Shown piece after piece: positions 26,401 through 34,200 of a stretch of DNA of 64,000 nt. The stretch comes from Gemmatimonadota bacterium (GTDB taxonomy: Bacteria > Gemmatimonadota > Gemmatimonadetes > Gemmatimonadales > GWC2-71-9): NCBI GenBank assembly GCA_016794825.1, contig JAEUJH010000300.1:4095-68094 (forward strand). The letters run 5' to 3'. The notes under the pieces are model-generated. The model was not told the origin of the DNA. It saw only the letters and a program-made list of their open reading frames with translations, and did not search any database. A program made the position numbers and the translations under genes. Numbering within the stretch: the stretch's first letter is position 1; each line of letters begins with the position of its first letter.

Positions 26401-29400
26401 TCTGGCGGGAGGTGCTCCGACTCGACGAGGTCAGCGTCACCGACAACTTCTTCGACGTCGGCGGGCATTCGCTGCTGCTGATCGAGCTCCACCGCCGGTT
26501 GCTGGAGACGTTTCCGGAGCAGGTCACGGTCGTCCAGCTGTTCGCGAACCCGACCGTCGAGTCGCAGGCCCGCCTGCTCGCCGGCGGCCGGCCCGCCGCC
26601 CCCACTCCACTCTCCGTGGCGCGGACCCGGCGGGCGGCGATCGCCGGCTCGCCAGCCGACGAGCCGATCGCCATCGTCGGCATGGCGGGCCGATTCCCCG
26701 GCGCGGCCGACATCGAGGCGTTCTGGGAAAACCTCAAGGGCGGGGTCGAGTCGATCACCCGGTTCTCGGAGCAGGAGTTGATCGCGGCGGGCTGGCCCCA
26801 AGAAGTGGTTCGCCGACCGGACTTCGTCAGCGCCCGGGGGGTACTCGACGGGGTCGAACTGTTCGACGCGGGGTTCTTCGGGTACTCCGCCCGGGAGGCC
26901 GACCTGACCGATCCGCAGCAGCGTCTCTTCCTCGAGTGCTGCCACGAGGGACTCGAACGAGCCGGGTACGACCCGGCCCGGTTCGACGGACCGATCGGCG
27001 TGTTCGGCGGCTGCGGCCCGAACGCCTACGCGGAGCATCTCCGCGGGCATCCCGCCGTGCTCGCGGTCGGCGCAATGCAGTTCCTGCTGGCGAGCGATCG
27101 GACCTTCCTCGCGACCCGGGCCTCCTACAAGCTCGACCTCCGCGGACCGAGCCTCAACGTCCAGACCGCCTGCTCGACGTCGCTGGTCGCCGTGCACGTC
27201 GCCTGCCAGAGCCTGCTCCGGCGGGAGAGCGATCTCGCGCTGGCCGGGGGCGCCGCCGTCAGCGTTCCGACCGTCGACGGTTACTTCTATCAGGAGGACG
27301 GCATCCTGTCGCCGGACGGCCGCTGCCGGCCGTTCGACGCGGACGCCCGAGGCACGGTCGGTGGCAACGGAGTGGCCGTGGTGGTGCTCCAGCGGCTGAG
27401 CGATGCGGTGCGGGACGGCGCCACGATCCATGCCGTGATTCGCGGCTCGGCCATCAACAACGACGGGTCGAACAAGGTCGGATTCACCGCGCCGAGCGTC
27501 GAAGGCCAGGCTGAGGCCATCGCGACGGCGTTGGCGGCCGCCGGCGTCGAGCCCGAGACGATCGGATACGTCGAGACCCACGGTACGGCCACCACGCTCG
27601 GCGACCCGATCGAGATCGAGGCGCTGACGGCGGCCCACGGCGGTGGCGTCCCGGGCCGTTGCGCCATCGGATCGGTCAAATCCAACATCGGGCACCTCGA
27701 TTCCGCGGCGGGCGTGGCTGCCTTGATCAAGACGGCCCTGTGCCTGGAGCACGGCACCTTGGTGCCGAGCCTCCACTACAGCCGACCGAATCCGCGGATC
27801 GACTTCGCCGGATCGCCGTTCGCCGTCAGCACCGAGACCCGGGCCTGGCCGGTCGATCGGGGCCGACTCCGCCGCGCCGGCGTGAGTTCGTTCGGCATCG
27901 GCGGCACCAACGCGCACGCCGTCCTGGAGGAACCACCGGTCCGGGCCCCTTCGACGCCGGGCCGATCCCGCCAGATCCTGACGCTGTCGGCCAAGACGCC
28001 GGCCGCACTCGAGGCTGCCTCGGATCGTCTCGCCACGTTCCTCGAGTCGCACCGCGGCGAATCCCTCGCCGACGTCGCCTACACGCTGCAGATCGGTCGG
28101 TCGGAGTATGCCCACCGCCGATCGGTGGTCGCGGTCGACGCCACCGAGGCGATCTCGGGCCTCCGCGACCCCCGGCACCGGGCGAGCACCACGGGACAGG
28201 CCCGAGGCCGGCGCGGCGTGGTATTCATGTTCCCGGGCCAGGGTGCCCAGTTCGTGGGGATGGGCCGCGAACTCTACGACGCCGAGCCGATCGTCCGGGC
28301 CACGATCGACGAGTGCGCGGCATTGACGACCGCTCGAGCGGGGTTCGATCTCCGCCACGCGCTCTATCCGTCCGACGGCAGCACGTCGGAAACCGAGGCC
28401 CGCCTGCGTCGCACGCTCGCGGCCCAACTCGGGCTGTTCTCCGTCGAACTGGCCCTGGCCCGCCTCTGGATGACCTGGGGCGTCCGGCCCGTGGCATGTA
28501 TCGGTCACAGCATCGGCGAGTACGTCGCCGCTTGCGTGGCGGGCGTCCTGTCACTGCCGGATGCCCTCGAACTGGTCCTCGTTCGCGGTCGGCTGATGGA
28601 ACAGGCGCCGGCCGGCGCGATGATCGCCGTGCCGCTGGCGGAAACGGCCCTGGCCCCTCGGCTCGGTGACGACCTCTGGCTCGCCGCCGTCAACGGTCCC
28701 GAGATGTGCGTCGTCTCCGGCGCCGAGGCCCGGATCGCCGCTTTCGCGGACCAGTTGCGGCGCGAGGGAGTCGAGTCGCGCCCGCTGCTCACGGCCGGCG
28801 CCTTCCACTCCGGGCTGATGGATGCCGTCAAGGCGCCCCTCGCCGCCGCAGCCGCCGCCATTCCGCACCACCCGCCGGCCATCCCGTACCTCTCGAACGT
28901 GACCGGGACCTGGGCGGGCCCCGAAATCAGCGATCCCGAGTACTGGGCCAATCACCTCAGGGGAACGGTGCGGTTCGACCCCGGCATCGCGACGCTGCTC
29001 GACTTCGGCGCCGCGGCGTTCCTCGAAGTGGGCCCCGGACGAACCCTGAGTTCCCTGGTGCGCCGCCGAGCAACCGCCGCGGCGGAAGTGCTCGTTGTCC
29101 CGTCGCTGCCGTCCACACCCGACGCGGGCGGGCCCCCGGAAACGATCGACCACGTCCTCGGCCGGCTGTGGGCCGCCGGAACGCCGGTCGAGTGGCGAGA
29201 GTACCACGCTGGTGAATCCCGGCGACGCGTCCCCCTCCCGACCTATCCCTTCGAGCGCCAACGGCACTGGATCGAGGGCACCGGTGTCGCCGTCAGCGCG
29301 CCGGTTGCCACCGACAGACGCGCCGACGTCCGCGACTGGTTCTACGTCCCGACCTGGACCCGCACGGCGCCGCTGCAATCGATCCGGGGGCGCTTCGACG

Positions 29401-31220
29401 ACTGCTGGCTCGTGTTCGCGGATCGTCGCGGAGTGGCGCGAGGCGTTGCCGACCGGCTCGAGGCGGATGGAGCCACCATCGTCACGGTCCGTCCGGGCGA
29501 GGCCTATCGCCGGGCCGGCGAGCGCGACTTCGTGCTCCGCCCCGGCGACTCGGCTGGATACCAGACCCTGGCCCGCGCGCTGGCGGAGACCGGCATCGTC
29601 CCGAGCCGTCTGCTCCATGCCTGGGCGCTCGACGCGACCGACGCGCCCCGCGCCACCGACCTCTCAAGCGGATTCGACAGCCTGCTCGACACGCTCCGCG
29701 CGCTCGAGCCGTGGGCGCGCTCGACGACGTTGGAGGGCCTGATCCTCACCTGTCAGGTCCACGCCGTCACCGGGATCGAGGACCTGCGACCAGCCAACGC
29801 CGCGGTCCAGGGGCTGTGTCAGGTTGCCGGACAGGAGAGCCCGAACGTCCGCCTCGGAACCGTCGACCTCGAGTGGCCCCTGCCGGAGGGCACCGATCGC
29901 GACGACGTGATCACCCGCCTCGCGGACGAGGCTCGAGCTCCCGTCGCGACCGCCCCCACTGCCTACCGGGGCCGCGCCCGCTGGACCCTTCGGTTCGATC
30001 CACTTCCCCTCGATCCCGTGGGGCCGGCGACCAGGCTCCGCGAGCGCGGCATCTACGTCATCACGGGCGGATTCGGTGGCGTTGGCTTGGCGCTGGCCCA
30101 CCACCTCGCCGAGCGCTATCGGGCTCGCCTGGCGCTGATCGGCCGGACGCCGCTGCCGCCCCGCGACGAGTGGCCCCGCTGGCGTGATCGACAGGGCGCC
30201 GACGCGGTCACGGCTCGCCGGATCCGCGCGGTCGAAGCGCTCGAGGCCGCCGGCGCCGAGGTCCTGCCGCTCGGCGCCGACGTGGCCGACGTCGTCCAGC
30301 TCCAAGCGGCCTTCGACGAGATCGGCCGTCGGTTCGGCGCCCCGCATGGGGTGATTCACGGGGCGGGGACGACTGGCGGTCCCTCGATCGCCCCGATCCC
30401 CGAACTGACGGTCGAGGCGTGCCGGGCTCAGTTCCATCCCAAGATGGACGGCACGCTCGCCCTTGCCGCGGTTCTGGGCGACACCCCGCTCGACTTCTGC
30501 CTGTTGACCTCCTCGCTTTCGACCGTCCTCGGTGGCCTCGAGTTCGCGGCCTACGCGGCGGCCAATCACGTCGAGGACGCCCTCGCCGACCAACGGAGTC
30601 TCGCCGCGCGAGGACCGTGGATCAGCGTGAACTGGGACGGTTGGCATCTGGGTGAAGAGCCGGTCGATCCATCAGCCCGCGGCGCCGGGCGGTTCGCGAT
30701 GACCCGGGCCGAGGCCGCCGACGCGTTCGAGCGCATCGTTGGGCAGGCCCGGCTCAGTCGAGTCGTGGTCTCGACTGGCGACCTGAGTTCCCGCGCGTTC
30801 GCCCCGGTCGCGGCGACGACCGAGCCGGCATCAGCCCCGCCGACTCACCAGCGTCCTCAGTTGTCGACGACCTTCGTGGCGCCGCGAGACGACCTCGAGC
30901 GGGCCATCGCGGCCACCTGGGAGTCCGTCCTGGGAGTCAGTCCGATCGGGGTGGATGACGACTTCTTCGAGATGGGTGGCGATTCCCTCGTTGCCGTCCA
31001 GCTGATGTTCCGGTTGAGCAACGAACTCTCGGTTCGGTTGACCACCCGCCACCTGTTCACGCTCCCGACCGTCGCCGGACTGGCGGTCACGGTCAGGGCC
31101 AGCCAGAACGAGCAAGGAGCCGCCGCCGACGTCCTCGCGATGATCGATGGGTTGTCGGACGAAGAGGTGCAGCGTCTGCTGGCGGAAACCGACCCCGACG
31201 GAACCCCGGGGATGCCATGA
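23250..31220 (+). CDS. Hybrid NRPS-PKS: TubC-type docking domain - C - A(Ile-like) - PCP - KS - AT(malonyl-type) - KR - ACP
   Basis: GTG start. C domain LSFAQQRLWL and HHIVSDG. A domain YTSGSTGKPKG, HVYGPTE, YRTGDVVRR, SGKVD, with hand code DAFFLGVTFK (Ile-like). PCP motif FFDVGGHSLL (Ser at 26469-26471). KS motifs [19 protein letters not shown] (Cys at 27171-27173), HGTATTLGDP and NIGHLD. AT motifs FPGQGAQ, GHSIGE (Ser at 28509-28511) and GAFHS. KR motifs GIYVITGGFGGVG, HPKMDG and AAYAAAN. ACP motif FFEMGGDSLV (Ser at 30984-30986). Confidence 0.95.
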   Translation: MNLAALVAQLRELGVTLWLEGDRLRFAAPPGRLTPELREAMKQHRQELVELLATAAGAEVAALPPADRNGPLPLSFAQQRLWLLDQMVPDRGVYNMATAVRLVGPLDRPALERAVLEVQRRHESLRTTFQLDAGRPVQRIAGDGVPAMVLDWSAEVGTPGLGGGRLVDERLVALASESYRQTFDLARGPLFRATIVVLGPEEHALLLACHHIVSDGISEQIVFGELAVLYAAFAAGRESPLAPLARQYADFASWQRGQQAGGELERQLEYWTRRLAGAPAMLELATDRKRPAVRTFHGATAPFALSAETSRAIDGFARDHGATPFMALLATFGALLQRFARQDDILVGSPLAGRDRSELEPMVGFFVNTLVLRIELTGQPTGRDLLARVRETVLGAFGHADVPVEQVVEALRIPRRLDANPLFQVMFGLEPPAGPPAPFGTCRVEPIGFQGSVAKFDLTWSMAPTATGYAGVVEYNTNLFDRTTIDRMIEVFRALADGMARRPTVPIAELPLLDPAARSTLLALGQGSSSRYPEDPAPRLFEAWVRRCPDAIAVEYDGVEVTYRELNARANRLARFLRARGIGPDVPVALCLPRGVDLIVAMLGTLKAGGAYVPLDPEHPAPRQRHVLADTGAPLVLTTEALADSLGVDIASRRFRLDADWDQVAGELPDDLEPITGPEHLAYVIYTSGSTGKPKGVAVPLRAINRLVFETNYVDLAPADRVAQAASATFDAATFEIWGALLHGARVVGIPRDVSLDPARLVATLRERQVTILFLTTALFNQVARLIPDGFHHLRYLLFGGEAVDPKWVRAVLEAGGPTQLLHVYGPTECTTFATWWPVTEVSPDATTVPIGHPIANTVAHVLDAKREPVPLGVPGELYLGGDGLAREYLNQPEQTAARFVPNPFGPGRLYRTGDVVRRRPDGAIEFLGRVDFQVKIRGFRVELGEIEAALLEIPGIHEAVVMVREDVPGDRRLVGYYAADPSVAPASLRTTLRDRLPGYMVPGALVPMPSLPLNVSGKVDRAALPPPDHRVEAEPAVGPRTDLEGTVAAIWREVLRLDEVSVTDNFFDVGGHSLLLIELHRRLLETFPEQVTVVQLFANPTVESQARLLAGGRPAAPTPLSVARTRRAAIAGSPADEPIAIVGMAGRFPGAADIEAFWENLKGGVESITRFSEQELIAAGWPQEVVRRPDFVSARGVLDGVELFDAGFFGYSAREADLTDPQQRLFLECCHEGLERAGYDPARFDGPIGVFGGCGPNAYAEHLRGHPAVLAVGAMQFLLASDRTFLATRASYKLDLRGPSLNVQTACSTSLVAVHVACQSLLRRESDLALAGGAAVSVPTVDGYFYQEDGILSPDGRCRPFDADARGTVGGNGVAVVVLQRLSDAVRDGATIHAVIRGSAINNDGSNKVGFTAPSVEGQAEAIATALAAAGVEPETIGYVETHGTATTLGDPIEIEALTAAHGGGVPGRCAIGSVKSNIGHLDSAAGVAALIKTALCLEHGTLVPSLHYSRPNPRIDFAGSPFAVSTETRAWPVDRGRLRRAGVSSFGIGGTNAHAVLEEPPVRAPSTPGRSRQILTLSAKTPAALEAASDRLATFLESHRGESLADVAYTLQIGRSEYAHRRSVVAVDATEAISGLRDPRHRASTTGQARGRRGVVFMFPGQGAQFVGMGRELYDAEPIVRATIDECAALTTARAGFDLRHALYPSDGSTSETEARLRRTLAAQLGLFSVELALARLWMTWGVRPVACIGHSIGEYVAACVAGVLSLPDALELVLVRGRLMEQAPAGAMIAVPLAETALAPRLGDDLWLAAVNGPEMCVVSGAEARIAAFADQLRREGVESRPLLTAGAFHSGLMDAVKAPLAAAAAAIPHHPPAIPYLSNVTGTWAGPEISDPEYWANHLRGTVRFDPGIATLLDFGAAAFLEVGPGRTLSSLVRRRATAAAEVLVVPSLPSTPDAGGPPETIDHVLGRLWAAGTPVEWREYHAGESRRRVPLPTYPFERQRHWIEGTGVAVSAPVATDRRADVRDWFYVPTWTRTAPLQSIRGRFDDCWLVFADRRGVARGVADRLEADGATIVTVRPGEAYRRAGERDFVLRPGDSAGYQTLARALAETGIVPSRLLHAWALDATDAPRATDLSSGFDSLLDTLRALEPWARSTTLEGLILTCQVHAVTGIEDLRPANAAVQGLCQVAGQESPNVRLGTVDLEWPLPEGTDRDDVITRLADEARAPVATAPTAYRGRARWTLRFDPLPLDPVGPATRLRERGIYVITGGFGGVGLALAHHLAERYRARLALIGRTPLPPRDEWPRWRDRQGADAVTARRIRAVEALEAAGAEVLPLGADVADVVQLQAAFDEIGRRFGAPHGVIHGAGTTGGPSIAPIPELTVEACRAQFHPKMDGTLALAAVLGDTPLDFCLLTSSLSTVLGGLEFAAYAAANHVEDALADQRSLAARGPWISVNWDGWHLGEEPVDPSARGAGRFAMTRAEAADAFERIVGQARLSRVVVSTGDLSSRAFAPVAATTEPASAPPTHQRPQLSTTFVAPRDDLERAIAATWESVLGVSPIGVDDDFFEMGGDSLVAVQLMFRLSNELSVRLTTRHLFTLPTVAGLAVTVRASQNEQGAAADVLAMIDGLSDEEVQRLLAETDPDGTPGMP
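26660..31100 (+). other. PKS module KS-AT-KR-ACP (no DH or ER)
   Basis: KS about 26660-27940, AT about 28215-29100, KR region about 29330-30660, ACP about 30880-31100. The catalytic Cys/His/His of the KS and the K/S/Y/N of the KR are all present. Confidence 0.9.
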
Positions 31221-34200
31221 CCGATTCAACCAGGCGCCCGACCGATCCGGCGGCGGCGGCGCGGGACCGCCTCGAACTGGCCCGGCGGCTCGCCCTGCAG
31301 AAGAAACGGGCGGCAGAGGGCTCGATCGTCCCCCGGGGCGGATCCGGCGACGCGCCCTTGTCCTTTGCCCAGGAGCGGCTCTGGTTCGTCCATCAGCTCG
31401 ACCCGACCAGCCCCGCCTACAACGTGGCGGCCCTGATCCCGATCAGCGACGAGCACGATGCGGGCGCCGTCGAGGGAGCCATCCAGCGACTCACTGTCCG
31501 TCATCCGGCCTTGCGGACGGTATTTCCGGCCGTCGACGGGGTCCCGGTCCAACGGGTCCTGCCGGCGGTGGCGGTCCCGTTCGAGACCCATGACTTCCTC
31601 GAACTCGACCTCGACGATCGGGTCGCGGCGCTCGATCGGATCTACAAGGACCTGAGCAATCGACCCTTCGACCTCGAGTCGGGACCGATCATCCGGGCCG
31701 CCCTCATCGCGGTCGAACGGACCTACCAGTACCTCGCCCTGGTGATCCATCACATCGCGGTCGATGGCTGGTCCATCCATATCCTCACCCGCGACCTGGC
31801 GGCCCTCCTCGCCTCGCCCGGCCAGGAGCCGTCGGCGGGGTCGAATCGCCCCCCGATCGACTACGTCGACTACGCGGTCTGGCAGCGCAACCGGTTTGCG
31901 CGGGGCGATTTCGAAGAGGCGGTCGAGTACTGGGACCGAACGTTGGCTGGGGCCACCGCGCTCCGCCTGGCCACCGACCGACTCCGACCGGCCCAGCCCA
32001 GCGCTCACGGGGCCCGCGAGTCCGTCGTGGTGCCGACAGCGATCGCCAGCGGGCTTGCCGCCACCGCTCGCAACGAGCGCGCCACGCCGTTCATGGTGGG
32101 CCTGGCCGCGTTCAACCTGATGCTCGCCCGCTGGACCGGACAACGCGACATCGTGGTCGGGATCCCGGTTGCCAACCGCGATCGGCCGGAACTGACGGAC
32201 GTCGTCGGCTTCTTCGTGAACATGATCGTGGCTCGCACCGATTTGACTGGCGCTGCCACGGGTCGGGAAGTTCTTCAGCGAACCCAGGCGACCGCCCGCC
32301 AGGCGCTGGCGCACCAGGAAATGCCGTTCGAGAAGGTCGTCGCCCGACTCCGCGGCGATCGGGACCCGATCAGGAATCCCCTCTTCCAGGTCACGTTCGC
32401 CACCGAGGTGGCGCACCAAGCCCTGACCCAGCCCCGCCTCGACACCGCGGCTCAGTCGGTTGCCGACGTCACGGTACGGTTCGATCTCGAGGTGTCGCTG
32501 GGAATTCGGGGGGACCTCGTCGAGGCGGCCATCAACTATCGCACCGAGTTGTTCGATCAGGCCACCATTCGGCGGCTGCTCGAGGCGTTCGTCGCGGCGA
32601 TGGGCGACCTCGCGGCCGACCTCGATCGGCCGCTTCCGGTGAACGCTCCGCCTGAATCGTCGATGTCGACCGCTGATTTCCTCCGGCACCTTCGCGGTCT
32701 CGACGTCAAGCTTGGCCTCGAGAACGATCGCCTCAAGGTCAACGCGCCACCGGGTGTGCTGACGGACGCCCGCAAGGCCGAGCTCTCCCGGCGGAAGGAC
32801 GAGGTCATGGCGCTGATGCGGGCGGCCGCCACCACCCGGCATCAGCCGCTCACGCCCATTTCCCGGTCTGGCGCGCTCCCGATGTCGGTGCCGCAGCGCC
32901 GGCTCTGGTTCCTCGACCGACTCGCCCCGGGGAGCGCGACCTACACGATCGCCGGCGCCCGCCGCTTCCCGGTCGACATCGACGTCGACGCCTTCAGCCG
33001 CGCGATCGACGAGATCGTGCGCCGGCACGAGTCTCTGCGGACCATCTTCCCGGCCAGCGACGGCGACCCGCGGGTGGTCATCACGCCGCCGGCCGGCCCG
33101 GTCCTCCAGCAGGTCGACCTTCGCGCCGTCCCGGAGGCCGAGCGGGCGGCGGTCGCCGCCAAGCTCGCCGCCGACGTGGCGCGGCTGCCGTTCGATCTCG
33201 CCCGCGGCCCCCTGTTCCGGGCCGCCCTCATTCGCCTCGGTCCGGCCGACTTCGTCTTCGCGTTCGCGATGCACCACATCATCTCGGACGGCTGGTCGAT
33301 GGTGCTTCTGGGTCGAGAACTCGGCGTCCTCTACAGCGCGTTCGCGGCCGGCCAGCCATCGCCGCTCCCCGAGCTCACGATCCAGTACGTTGACTACGCG
33401 CAATGGCAAACCGAGCACCTCGCCGGCGCGGAGATCAGCACCCAGGAGCGGTACTGGCTGGAGCAGCTCGGGGGCCGCCTGCCGGTCCTCCAACTTCCGT
33501 CCGACCGGCCCCGACCGCCGATCCAGTCGTTCCGCGGCGCGCGCCTCCGAACCGAATTGCCGGCGGACCTGATCGACGCGCTCAAGGAGATCGGCCGGGC
33601 GGAGGGCGCCTCGCTTTACATGATGCTGCTCGCCGCCTTCTACACGCTCCTCCATCGCTACACCGGCGACGAAGACCTCATCGTCGGCTCCCCGGTGGCC
33701 AACCGGAGCCGCGTCGACATCGAGCCGTTGATCGGCTTCTTCGTCAACACCCTGGTGCTCCGGGTGCAGGCCGAGCCGACCTTGACGTTCAGGCAGCTGC
33801 TCGGCCGAGTCCGCCAGACCCTGCTCAAGGCACAGGCCAATCAGGATGTCCCCTTCGATCGGCTGGTGGAGGTTCTCAAGCCCGCCCGCGACACCGGACA
33901 TTCCCCGTTGTTCCAGGTGGTCTTCAACTCGCCCAGCGCGCCGGTCGAGACCAGCGGGGGAGGCGACCTCGACTTCGAGCTTGGGACCGCCCGGTACGAC
34001 CTGACGGTGGAGTTCCAGGAGGAACGCGCCACCTCGGCCGACGAGGGGACAGCGGCCTGGCGATCGGCCGGGCTGCGGATGTTCTGGGAGTTCGCGAGCG
34101 ACCTCTTCGACCCGGACACGATCCGTCGGATGCAGGGTCACTACCACCAGTTGCTCCGCGACATCGCCGGCAACCCGGACGCGCCGATCGCCACCGCTCG

